A DNA stretch of 64,000 nt from an uncultured Bacilli bacterium. Lineage in GTDB: Bacteria > Bacillota_I > Bacilli_A > RF39 > UBA660. This document shows, one piece after another, positions 10,713-19,390 of this stretch (its first letter is position 1; each line of letters opens with the position of its first letter). A program made the translations under genes and the position numbers. A model generated the notes under the pieces. That model was not told the origin of the DNA, made no database searches, and saw only the letters and a program-made list of their open reading frames with translations. The stretch spans positions 33,920 to 97,919 of the forward strand of contig CALVRA010000001.1 of the NCBI GenBank assembly GCA_944358415.1, read 5' to 3'.

Positions 10713-11720
10713 CTAATAACGTTTATTTAAACCACTTTCTAGTAAAGGAATATTTTCTAGCAAAACACCGGTACCTTCAACTACGCAAGTTAATGGGCTT
10801 TCAGCTACAAATACAGGTACTTTTAGTTCATGAGAAAGCAATTGATCAATACCGTTTAATAAAGCTCCACCACCAGTTATGACAATACCTTTATCAATTA
10901 TATCAGCTGATAGTTCTGGAGGTGTTTGTTCTAAGACTGATTTGGCGGTATTTACGATGATATAAGCACTTTCTCTTAGAGCTTCTTCAACTTCATCTGA
11001 GGTTAAGGTTATGGTATGAGGCAAGCCTGTGACTAAGTCTCTTCCTCTTACTTCCATTTTTTCGTTTTTTGAACCTGGAAATACGGTGCCTATTTCAAAT
11101 TTTATTTCTTCAGCTGTTCTATCTCCAACTAGGAGTTTATATTTTTCTCTAATATATTTTATAATATCATTGTCAAAGGTGTTTCCAGCAATTTTGATTG
11201 ATGATGAAGTTACTATTCCACCTAATGATAAAACGGCTACATCGGTTGTTCCACCACCAATATCAATGACCATATTGCCACTTGGTTTAGAAATATCCAT
11301 GCCAGCTCCAACGGCAGCAACTTTTGGTTCTTCTTCTAGGTATACTTTTCTAGCTCCGGTTTTTTCAGCGGCTTCTCTGATGGCATTTTTTTCTACTTGC
11401 GTGATGTTTGATGGACAGCAAATTAGTATTCTAGGTCTTCCAAAGAAACTTTTACCGTTAACTTTTCTAATAAAGTTATTCAACATTATTTCGGTTATTT
11501 CGAAGTCAGCAATGACACCATCTTTCATAGGTCTTATGGCTCTTACTTGTCCTGGAGTTCTTCCAAGCATTTCTTTAGCGGCGGTTCCAACAGCAACCGG
11601 TCTTTTGGTTTCTTCATCAATGGCTACAACGCTTGGTTCATTTAAAACTATTCCTTGTCCTTTAATATAAATAAGAACATTAGCTGTTCCTAAATCTATT
11701 CCAATATCTTTTGAAAACAT
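10713..11720 (-). CDS. mreB: rod-shape-determining actin homologue MreB/Mbl
   Basis: IGIDLGTANV phosphate-1 motif and DIGGGTTD phosphate-2 motif. 335 aa. Confidence 0.9.
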   Translation of the reverse strand: MFSKDIGIDLGTANVLIYIKGQGIVLNEPSVVAIDEETKRPVAVGTAAKEMLGRTPGQVRAIRPMKDGVIADFEITEIMLNNFIRKVNGKSFFGRPRILICCPSNITQVEKNAIREAAEKTGARKVYLEEEPKVAAVGAGMDISKPSGNMVIDIGGGTTDVAVLSLGGIVTSSSIKIAGNTFDNDIIKYIREKYKLLVGDRTAEEIKFEIGTVFPGSKNEKMEVRGRDLVTGLPHTITLTSDEVEEALRESAYIIVNTAKSVLEQTPPELSADIIDKGIVITGGGALLNGIDQLLSHELKVPVFVAESPLTCVVEGTGVLLENIPLLESGLNKRY

Positions 11721-11970
11721 ATTATCACCCTTTTTCTTAAAATATTATATCATACAAGTGGTTATTTGGGTATTAATATTGGCTTTTTTTTAATACTTTT
11801 TTTGTCACATTTTAAAAGAAAAAGAGTTTGGTTATTAATGTTAGTATCTTAAAGATTACATGGCTACATAAAATGATATTCTTTGTATATTTGTATAATA
11901 CAATCTTGAATTTTATTAATTATTATATAAAATATATTATTAGGTTATATTTGACACTTTAAAATATCGC

Positions 11971-12837
11971 ATGATAAAATTGGAATGTGGTGATTTAATG
12001 TTAAGTAAATTTGATTATAGTAAAAATTTCATTGAAAATGATGAAATATTGGTATGTCCAATATGTAAAAAGAAATTATATATTAAAGAACATTCATTAA
12101 TGTGTGAAAATGCTCATAACTTTAATCTTTCAAAAAAAGGTATTACGAATCTTGTTTCACATAATCATATTAAAGAAAGCAAAATATATAATTATGATTT
12201 ATTTTTCAATAGAAGATGTTTCATTCAAAAAATGTTCTATCAAAAATTATATGATAAAATTGTCAGGATTATAAATAAACATTTTGATAAAAATATAAAT
12301 ATTTTAGATTTAGGCTGTGGAGAAGGGGCTCATACAATTAATATACTAAATAATTTAAAACTAAATTATAAGTATTATGGCTTTGATTATTCAAAAATAG
12401 CTATTCAAATGGCGAGTGATTATAATTCCAATAATAGATTTTATTTTGTAGGTGATGTTAATAATATTCCTATTAAAGATCATTCTACACATTTAATTAT
12501 TGATATACTTTCACCTTATAATCAGTTAGAAGTTAAAAGAGTTTTAAAGAAAAAAGGATTATTTATTAAAGTATCTCCAGGAAAAAACTATTTAAAAGAG
12601 CTTAGATTAGCTACAGGCATATCTATTTATGATAAAGATACAGAAGTTGAACGAAATTTGGAAAAAAATTTTAAAAAAGTGCGGAAAGAGAATATTTTAA
12701 TTACTTATCCTATTACTAATGAAGACTTTATGCTACTTTTAAAAATGTCGCCAATGCAAAGCGAAAAGATTTTAAATAAGCCTAATACAATTACAATTGA
12801 TTTAAATATATATATTATGAATGGAGAAGAATTATGA
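11971..12837 (+). CDS. RlmA-like SAM-dependent methyltransferase with N-terminal zinc ribbon
   Basis: CPICKKKL...CENAHNFNLSKKG zinc-ribbon and LDLGCGEG SAM motif, as in 23S rRNA G745/G748 methyltransferases. Its stop overlaps the next gene's start (ATGA). Confidence 0.7.
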   Translation: MIKLECGDLMLSKFDYSKNFIENDEILVCPICKKKLYIKEHSLMCENAHNFNLSKKGITNLVSHNHIKESKIYNYDLFFNRRCFIQKMFYQKLYDKIVRIINKHFDKNINILDLGCGEGAHTINILNNLKLNYKYYGFDYSKIAIQMASDYNSNNRFYFVGDVNNIPIKDHSTHLIIDILSPYNQLEVKRVLKKKGLFIKVSPGKNYLKELRLATGISIYDKDTEVERNLEKNFKKVRKENILITYPITNEDFMLLLKMSPMQSEKILNKPNTITIDLNIYIMNGEEL

Positions 12838-14150
12838 TTTCTAAATACGCAAATAAAATAAAAATCAAAAAAGATGTTTATGCAATATTTAATAGTTTAG
12901 TTATGTTACCCATTTTTGTTAACGAAAAACAATGTGCAAATATTTTAAATGGTAATATTGATAATTTAACTAATGAGGAAAAAACAGAATTTATAAAAGC
13001 CGGTATAATTATAGAAAATAAAGAAATTGATAATCAACTTTTAAATACACTAAAATCAGCACGTGAGCAATATATGAAAGAACATATCACTATAATGTAT
13101 ATTATTCCTACAAATACTTGTAATTTAAGATGTAAATATTGTTTTATAGGTAAACTTAATGATAAACCAATTAAAATGGAAGAAAGTACTTTGATTAAAG
13201 CCATAGAAATGTTTAATAGTCATTTAGAGAAAATAGGCGAAAAAGGGACTATATTTCTTTACGGAGCAGAGCCATTATTAAACTTTGATTTAATTAAATT
13301 AGGGGTTTTATATGTGAAAAAGCAAAATTATAATATTCAATTTTCTATGGTATCAAACGGAATACTTATAACTGAAGAAATAGCAGATTTTATAAAAAAT
13401 AACAACATCTCATTAGGAATTTCCATTGATGGTCCAAAAGAAATTACTGATGAAAATAGAATATTTAAAAGTAACAACAAAAGTGTGTACGATTTTGTTT
13501 TAAACAAAATAGAGTTATTAAAAGAAAAAAACGTTGATTTTGGTTTATCAATTACAATAGCACCTATTTTTCTTGAAAATGAAGACTATTTTCTAAATTG
13601 GATTTCTAAACTAGGAGTATATAACATTAGCTATAATTTATTACATTTCACTACTAAAACGGATGAATGGAAAGAATATTATAAAAAAGCAACTAAATTT
13701 ATTTATAAATCTAACAAAAAATTGTTTGATCAAGGTTTTAATGAAGATAGAATTAACAGAAAATATGATTCATTTTACAACAGAATATTTAAATTTAGTG
13801 ACTGTGGAGCGATTGGTGGAAATCAAATAACTGTATGTCCAAATGGTGATATTGAAATATGTCATGGTTATTGGAATTATAAAAGAAAAATTTTACCAAA
13901 CATTAATCAAATTCAATCATTTTCCGATTTATTTGATAATCCTGAATATATAAAATGGTCTAATAATATTACATTAAATAAGAAAAAATGTTTGCGTTGC
14001 CCTGCAATATATATATGTGGTGGTGGCTGTGCTATGCAAGCAAAGGATTTATTTGGTAATGAAAAGGAAATTGATAAACCATTTTGTATATATACTAAAG
14101 GAATGCTTAAAAACATATTAAAAGAGGTTTATGATGATAATATAAATTAA
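12834..14150 (+). CDS. radical SAM / SPASM-domain peptide maturase
   Basis: CNLRCKYC (Cx3Cx2C) cluster. C-terminal Cys-rich SPASM region (CGAIGG..CPNGDIEIC..CLRCPAIYICGGGC..FC). About 85-aa N-terminal extension. Confidence 0.85.
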   Translation: MISKYANKIKIKKDVYAIFNSLVMLPIFVNEKQCANILNGNIDNLTNEEKTEFIKAGIIIENKEIDNQLLNTLKSAREQYMKEHITIMYIIPTNTCNLRCKYCFIGKLNDKPIKMEESTLIKAIEMFNSHLEKIGEKGTIFLYGAEPLLNFDLIKLGVLYVKKQNYNIQFSMVSNGILITEEIADFIKNNNISLGISIDGPKEITDENRIFKSNNKSVYDFVLNKIELLKEKNVDFGLSITIAPIFLENEDYFLNWISKLGVYNISYNLLHFTTKTDEWKEYYKKATKFIYKSNKKLFDQGFNEDRINRKYDSFYNRIFKFSDCGAIGGNQITVCPNGDIEICHGYWNYKRKILPNINQIQSFSDLFDNPEYIKWSNNITLNKKKCLRCPAIYICGGGCAMQAKDLFGNEKEIDKPFCIYTKGMLKNILKEVYDDNIN

Positions 14151-14201
14151 TTGACTTCTAAGATATTATCATGATAGAATTAGCGAAAGGAGGGAAATAC
14201 A

Positions 14202-14387
14202 ATGAAAATAGCAAAAATTAGTACAACTAACAAAAAATTTAGAGCATCTAATTCTATGGCTTCTACTTGTAATTGTGGAGCTTGCAATTGCAATTGTGGT
14301 AGTGGAAGTAATTGCAGTAATGTTTTCATTTCACATGAAATAACATCATTGCTAAATGCTCAAGTCGATAACATTTTAAAAGCATAA
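14202..14387 (+). CDS. candidate RiPP precursor peptide (six-Cys, Cys/Asn/Gly/Ser-rich core)
   Basis: 61 aa. Strong RBS GGAGGG 8 nt upstream. Core TCNCGACNCNCGSGSNCSN. Immediately downstream of the rSAM/SPASM gene and followed by a terminator. Confidence 0.6.
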   Translation: MKIAKISTTNKKFRASNSMASTCNCGACNCNCGSGSNCSNVFISHEITSLLNAQVDNILKA

Positions 14388-14408
14388 TTTAGCATCTTTT
14401 TAACACCT

Positions 14409-14446
14409 AAACAGCGCATTATCTTAATTGATAAATGCGCTGTTTT
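14409..14446. terminator. bidirectional rho-independent terminator (copy A)
   Basis: 11-bp stem AAACAGCGCAT/ATGCGCTGTTT with a flanking T-run. Near-identical to the hairpin at 15148-15185. Confidence 0.7.
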
Positions 14447-14462
14447 GTATTAAAAAAAGAGT

Positions 14463-14598
14463 TTAGTTACTCTTTAATTCGTCAGGCGTTTTATCAAAGC
14501 AGTTTTCTGGATTTATGTATCTGCCATCGACAGTGATTTCAAATAGGACATGATTACCTAAGTCTTTTTTTTTAGTTTGACTGGCCATCTTTACCAAT
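14463..14598 (-). pseudogene. decayed duplicate of the 3' end of the SpoIIQ-like M23 gene
   Basis: Roughly 85-90% identical by eye to 15201-15335. The translation IGKDGQSN* is interrupted by a stop and a frameshift relative to IGKAGQSNLEKDLGNH. Confidence 0.7.
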
Positions 14599-14713
14599 TG
14601 TATTTTTTAATAAAATTTATTTGTATTTAAAGTCTTTTTCTATATTTTTACCATTTGATATATATATTGACATTTATAATTATTATATATACTAAAATTA
14701 AGGAGGTTTAGTT

Positions 14714-15145
14714 ATGACAGGAGAAGAATTGGAAGTGAAAAAAAGAGAATTACAAGAGTTACGAAAACTTAAAGCTGAGTTGATAAAGGAACGTCAAAGA
14801 TTTTTAGAGAATAGTTCAATTCAAGATTTTTTAACACTTGAAAAACGGATTAGTGAAACTAGTGAAGACTGTAATAATTTACAAAAAATAATACGAGATG
14901 GATGTCCTCACCCTATATGGTATGCGCTGAAACGTGATGTGCATACATACACAGGTAGAACTTATTTAACATGTATGTGTTTAGAATGTGGAAAAGTTAG
15001 AAAAGCTTATCCTCAAGATTTTTCAGAAGTTATATTTAAAAGTACACTTTCACCTTCTCAAGCAGTTAGTGAATGGGAAAAATTTAAAGATACATTTCCA
15101 AATACAAAAGACAAGGTTAAAACATTTACTAAAGTGATAAAATAG
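14714..15145 (+). CDS. hypothetical protein: N-terminal coiled coil plus C-terminal 4-Cys putative zinc-binding region
   Basis: AAGGAGG RBS 7 nt upstream. 143 aa. Cys at DGCPHP and LTCMCLECG. Bracketed by about 190-bp direct repeats. Confidence 0.5.
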   Translation: MTGEELEVKKRELQELRKLKAELIKERQRFLENSSIQDFLTLEKRISETSEDCNNLQKIIRDGCPHPIWYALKRDVHTYTGRTYLTCMCLECGKVRKAYPQDFSEVIFKSTLSPSQAVSEWEKFKDTFPNTKDKVKTFTKVIK

Positions 15146-15147
15146 AT

Positions 15148-15185
15148 AAACAGCGCATTTATCAGTTATGGTAATGCGCTGTTTT
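15148..15185. terminator. bidirectional rho-independent terminator (copy B)
   Basis: Stem AAACAGCGCAT/ATGCGCTGTTT plus a T-run. Serves ORF 14714-15145 and the convergent M23 gene. Confidence 0.7.
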
Positions 15186-15200
15186 ATATTAAAAAAGAGT

Positions 15201-15848
15201 TTAGTTACTCTTTAATTCATCAATTGTTTTATCAAAGCAGTTTTCTGGATTTATGTATTTGCCATCAATAGTTATTTCAAATAAAACATGGTTACCTAAG
15301 TCTTTTTCTAGGTTTGACTGGCCAGCTTTACCAATGACTGTGCTTTGAGCGACAGTATCGCCTTCTTTTACTGTTACTTCACTTAAGCTTTGATATGTGG
15401 TTATGACATTTGATTCATGTTCAATTGTAACGATTTTACCCATTAGTTTATCTTCTTTGACTGATGTGACGGTACCTGGTAAAACACTTACAACGTCGAA
15501 AATTTCGTTTATACCACCATAAGATGCACCACTATTTTGGATATATGTTGTATCATAGTTTATTATAGAGTTTTGCTGGGTGTTTTCATCGCTTTGGTAG
15601 TCATAGAAAGTATTTAAGGCTTTGACATTGGTGTTTGTATATGGTCTTACGATTACATTTGGGGTACTGACAACGGAAATGACATTATCATCAAATAGTC
15701 TAGAGACATAGATTAGGTCTTCTTCTGGTTTTAGATCTTGTTTTGATGTATTGGCATACATTAGACCACCAATTAGGGCAAGACTGACGGCGATGCAGAC
15801 ACTATAAATGACTGGTTTTTTTATTTTTAATTTTTTCATTTTTTTCAC
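15201..15848 (-). CDS. SpoIIQ-like membrane-anchored protein with a degenerate LytM (M23) domain
   Basis: N-terminal TM helix. M23 fold motifs are present, but HxxxD is absent and HxH is reduced to NHVLFE. Directly downstream of spoIID, as in clostridial spoIID-spoIIQ loci. Confidence 0.6.
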   Translation of the reverse strand: MKKMKKLKIKKPVIYSVCIAVSLALIGGLMYANTSKQDLKPEEDLIYVSRLFDDNVISVVSTPNVIVRPYTNTNVKALNTFYDYQSDENTQQNSIINYDTTYIQNSGASYGGINEIFDVVSVLPGTVTSVKEDKLMGKIVTIEHESNVITTYQSLSEVTVKEGDTVAQSTVIGKAGQSNLEKDLGNHVLFEITIDGKYINPENCFDKTIDELKSN

Positions 15849-15886
15849 CTCTCACTATCATTTTGGATAGTTTTGGGTTTTTTATA

Positions 15887-16798
15887 CTAAATTTTTTTTA
15901 TTTCGGTATTTTGATAATAGTGTTTTAATATTTGATCATATTTATATCCTTCTTTAGCCATGCCATTAGCTCCATATTGACTCATACCAACGCCATGTCC
16001 AAAACCTTTGGTGGTGATGGTTATTTTTTCGTTGTTTTGAGTTATTGTGAAATAATTTGAGCGAAGTGAGAGTTTAGTGGCTAAGTCTCTTCCATTTAAT
16101 TCTTGATTATTTATTTTTAGTTTTTTTATTCTACCAGTTGAGGTTTTTTGGGTTATTTCGATGTTTAATTTTTCATTATAAGGTAGGTTTAATTTTGTAT
16201 AAAAGTCTTTTAGATCAAAGGTATATGTATCATTAAAAACAGGTGAGGCTTCATCCCATTTACTATCAACACTTCTTAGATAAGGTAATTTTGAGACAAA
16301 TACTTCTTCGCTATTTTCGGTTTTGCCGACTGAGGTAGAGAAAAACATGGCATTAACTATTTGATTATTATAAGTTAGATATTCACCGCTTGTTTCTTGA
16401 ATAGCTTTATTTATTTTATTTATTTTTTCTTGATAGTTTTCTTTCCAATTTGTTTTTAACTGTTCATCAGTTAGATATACTTGGTTAGCGGTGGTGTTTA
16501 ATACATCATATTCTTTATCTTTAGTGGCGGTCATTTGATACATGGCATAGCTTCTTGAAGCAACTGCTTGGGCTTTTAGGGCTTCTAGTTCAAATGTGGC
16601 AGGCATTTCACCAGCGACAACTCCTTTTATATATTTTTCAAAAGGGATAGTCATTATTTGATTTGTTTTTTCATCTTTGACTCTAATTATATTATTGGTT
16701 TTATATTTGAATTTTATTTCATCTGTTTGAATGAAAATTTTGGTAAATAAAAAAGGTATTATGACTACTAATAGTGCGGTTATAATAAACTTTTTCAT
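15887..16798 (-). CDS. spoIID: stage II sporulation protein D (lytic transglycosylase)
   Basis: SpoIID/LytB domain motifs: EALKAQAVASRSYA, FFSTSVGKTENS, GHGVGMSQYGA. Confidence 0.85.
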   Translation of the reverse strand: MKKFIITALLVVIIPFLFTKIFIQTDEIKFKYKTNNIIRVKDEKTNQIMTIPFEKYIKGVVAGEMPATFELEALKAQAVASRSYAMYQMTATKDKEYDVLNTTANQVYLTDEQLKTNWKENYQEKINKINKAIQETSGEYLTYNNQIVNAMFFSTSVGKTENSEEVFVSKLPYLRSVDSKWDEASPVFNDTYTFDLKDFYTKLNLPYNEKLNIEITQKTSTGRIKKLKINNQELNGRDLATKLSLRSNYFTITQNNEKITITTKGFGHGVGMSQYGANGMAKEGYKYDQILKHYYQNTEIKKI

Positions 16799-16810
16799 AA
16801 CTTGTCCTTT

Positions 16811-17008
16811 CTATATGAATTTCGTACTTGCGAAGAAATCATAGAAAAAATTTGTGACTAAGTATGATAAAGCCATAGCGACTATTAGATATAATACCCT
16901 TGATGAGTAATATCTATTTTTTTTAAATATGCCAGATATGTTTATGCTTTCTAAAGCCCATAATGTGATGATTACTATTATTATATATATGAAACCTTTT
17001 AGTGCCAT
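16811..17008 (-). CDS. small membrane protein (DUF1146/YwzB-like)
   Basis: 65 aa with two TM helices. Position next to spoIID matches B. subtilis ywzB. Confidence 0.5.
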   Translation of the reverse strand: MALKGFIYIIIVIITLWALESINISGIFKKNRYYSSRVLYLIVAMALSYLVTNFFYDFFASTKFI

Positions 17009-17523
17009 TATTCCCTATAATCGTCAAGCATTTTGATACGTTTTTTATGACGTTCTATATTACTAAAAGGAGTTTTTAGAAATACATCAGTTATGTCTTT
17101 GGCTCTAATTAATGGCATATTTCCATTTATAGCCATGATGTTGGCATCGTTATCTTGTCTTGTGTATTTAGCTTCTTTGATGTTATCTACTTTCGCGCAT
17201 CTTACTTTGCTTATTTTGTTACAGGCGATACTGATTCCAATACCACTGCCACAAATAGCGATTCCTTTTTCAACTTTGCCATCACGAACGGCTTTGCCTA
17301 GTTTGAAACCATATTTTGGATAGTCATGACTGGTTTTATCATCGCAACCATAGTCAATAACAGTGTATCCTTTTTTGGTTAAATATTTTGTTAGTTTTTG
17401 TTTTAAGTCATAACCTCTATGATCACTGGCTATTCCTATCTTATTATCTGGTATGTTTAAGTCTAAGATTGTTTTTTCTTGATAATCATTTTTTACAATA
17501 TCTTTTAATGAAGTTTCTTCCAA
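17008..17523 (-). CDS. rpiB: ribose-5-phosphate isomerase B (RpiB/LacAB family)
   Basis: IGIASDHRGYDLK and GIAICGSGIGISIA motifs. About 27-aa N-terminal extension. Confidence 0.8.
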   Translation of the reverse strand: MEETSLKDIVKNDYQEKTILDLNIPDNKIGIASDHRGYDLKQKLTKYLTKKGYTVIDYGCDDKTSHDYPKYGFKLGKAVRDGKVEKGIAICGSGIGISIACNKISKVRCAKVDNIKEAKYTRQDNDANIMAINGNMPLIRAKDITDVFLKTPFSNIERHKKRIKMLDDYRE

Positions 17524-17605
17524 TTTAATGCCCTCCTTTTAGTTTAATTATAACATTAATTTGTGAAATTTTTAAGAAAAAAACATCTACTGTTTTAGTA
17601 AATGT

Positions 17606-17821
17606 TTATTTTACGAATGGTAATAAAGCCATAAATCTAGCTTTTTTTACTTCGTTTGCGATATATCTTTGATGTTTAGCGCAAGCACCGGTTATTCTTC
17701 TTGGTAAGATTTTACCTTTATCTAAACTGATGTATTTTTTTACAGTATCATCTTTATAGCTTACGTGTTTACCTGCACACATTTGACATACTTTTCTTTT
17801 TCTTCTACGAAATTCTGCCAT
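17606..17821 (-). CDS. rpsR: 30S ribosomal protein S18
   Basis: Conserved S18 sequence ([14 protein letters not shown]). Part of the rpsF-ssb-rpsR operon. Confidence 0.95.
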   Translation of the reverse strand: MAEFRRRKRKVCQMCAGKHVSYKDDTVKKYISLDKGKILPRRITGACAKHQRYIANEVKKARFMALLPFVK

Positions 17822-17832
17822 AATTAACCTCC

Positions 17833-18285
17833 TTAATCTAAGAAATTATCATCAATTGAGACATTGTCTCCAAAGTCTGCGAAAGGATCATTATCGACAT
17901 CGACATCATTCATAGGAGCAGGAGCTTCTTGATAGTCATAAGGTGTTTGAGTTTTTGCTTCTGTTTGGCGTCTTGAATCTAAGAATTGAATATTATCTGC
18001 GACAACGTCAGTTGTATATCTTTTACTTCCATCCTGAGCTGTATAGCTTCCTGTTTGGATTCTTCCTTCGATTGATACTTGACTACCTTTGTCTAAGTAA
18101 TTTGCGACATTTTCGGCTTGTCTACGCCATACTACTATGTTTATGAAGTCGGCTTGTCTTTCTCCTTGGGCATTATTAAATGTACGATTTACTGCGAGTG
18201 AGAATCTTGTATAAGGAACATTTCCTCCTGTATATCTCAATTCTGGTTTGGCCGTTAATCTACCAACTAAACATACTCTATTCAT
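17833..18285 (-). CDS. ssb: single-stranded DNA-binding protein
   Basis: OB-fold N-terminus [11 protein letters not shown]. Acidic C-terminal tail DDNFLD. Confidence 0.95.
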   Translation of the reverse strand: MNRVCLVGRLTAKPELRYTGGNVPYTRFSLAVNRTFNNAQGERQADFINIVVWRRQAENVANYLDKGSQVSIEGRIQTGSYTAQDGSKRYTTDVVADNIQFLDSRRQTEAKTQTPYDYQEAPAPMNDVDVDNDPFADFGDNVSIDDNFLD

Positions 18286-18301
18286 AAAACTACCTCATTT
18301 C

Positions 18302-18592
18302 TTATTTTTCTATTTTTGTAATTAAATGACGAATGATGTCATTATTGATAAGAGCTAAACGGTCAAATTCTTTAATTGCTTTGTCAGTTTCTGATTCAAC
18401 TTCAAAAACAAAGTAATAACCGCTTTTGAAATCTTTTATTTCATAAGCTAATTCTCTTTGTCCCATGTTTTCCTCTTTAGTTACTTTACCATCATTTTTA
18501 GTGATGATTTCTTTAAAGTCGTTTACTACTTTTTTTACTTCATCTTCACTTAATGTTGGTCTTACGATAAACATGATTTCATAGTTTTTCAT
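18302..18592 (-). CDS. rpsF: 30S ribosomal protein S6
   Basis: MKNYEIMFIVRP N-terminus. Operon position. Confidence 0.95.
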   Translation of the reverse strand: MKNYEIMFIVRPTLSEDEVKKVVNDFKEIITKNDGKVTKEENMGQRELAYEIKDFKSGYYFVFEVESETDKAIKEFDRLALINNDIIRHLITKIEK

Positions 18593-18714
18593 TTTCTACA
18601 CCTCCTTGTGGTCTAATTCGGCTTTTGTAATAAAAGCAAGGAGTAAATTAATTACTCGGCTTTGATTATACCAAAATATATTAGAAAAGTAAATATTTTA
18701 TGTTTAAGTTTGTT

Positions 18715-19125
18715 TTAAAATTTTAGTAAAATTTTTTCTATATTTTCTAGGATAGTGTTGATATTAGGGTTATTTTTTAAAATGTTTAATTTATTTGTTA
18801 TTTTGTTTATTTTTTCCTCAATGGTTAAATTATTTGGAATATAATTACTATAATTATTTTGTTTGAATGTTTTTTTAGTTATATCATCTTCAATAATTAT
18901 ATAATTTATTTTGAATTCTTTTAGTTTTGTTATTACTTTATCATAACTATTAGTAGGAAAACCTAGTCTTTTATTATTGTTTATTTCTTTTATTTTATAA
19001 TTAAATAAATTATTTAATATATAGGCATCTTCATTATATGTTTCATAGAATATTCCTACTTTTATTAATATTATGTATTTTGGATATTTGTTTTTATTTA
19101 AGTTATATTTTTCGATTATTTTCAC
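18715..19125 (-). CDS. standalone MutS-domain-I-like protein (candidate DGR accessory, MSL-type)
   Basis: Residues 14-80 align by eye to the MutS N-terminal mismatch-binding domain, including GIFYETY versus MutS GDFYELF (Phe-x-Glu motif retained). Immediately downstream of the TR. Confidence 0.6.
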   Translation of the reverse strand: MKIIEKYNLNKNKYPKYIILIKVGIFYETYNEDAYILNNLFNYKIKEINNNKRLGFPTNSYDKVITKLKEFKINYIIIEDDITKKTFKQNNYSNYIPNNLTIEEKINKITNKLNILKNNPNINTILENIEKILLKF

Positions 19126-19222
19126 AGCTTACCTCCAATTAAAAAAGCAGTATTAAATATTAGACAAAAATATGTCTTATATATGGTACTGCTTTAAAAT
19201 ATATTTTATTTATAGGGAAATG

Positions 19223-19390
19223 GTGTATGGATTTGACTGGGTTCCAGTTCCTCCTGTAATTTGGACATCAGAGGAAAGAGTTATGGCAGGGCGGACCGCG
19301 TTGTTCGTATTGTTCGCGTTGTTGTTGTTGACGTTGCCGTTGTTGTTCACATTGAACACGTTGTTAGAGTTACTAGAATTAGGCGACAAG
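19223..19390 (-). repeat. DGR template repeat (TR)
   Basis: 168-bp copy of the target gene's 3' end, rich in AAC/AAT codons. All but one difference from the VR lie at adenines of this copy (coding strand). Confidence 0.8.

Noticed and set aside
11029-11670. Long antisense ORFs inside well-supported genes: 11029-11670 in mreB, 22488-23006 in ychF, 26603-27067 in abgT, 2409-2654, 4698-4904, 28691-28984, 43227-43571 and 50437-50802.
   Set aside because: These are shadow ORFs opposite strongly conserved coding frames. They have Ser/Leu/Phe-rich low-complexity translations and no RBS.
18715-19125. The ORF downstream of the TR as the missing DGR reverse transcriptase or an Avd protein.
   Set aside because: 136 aa is far too small for an RT and it has no YxDD motif. 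The sequence matches MutS domain I rather than the four-helix-bundle Avd pattern.
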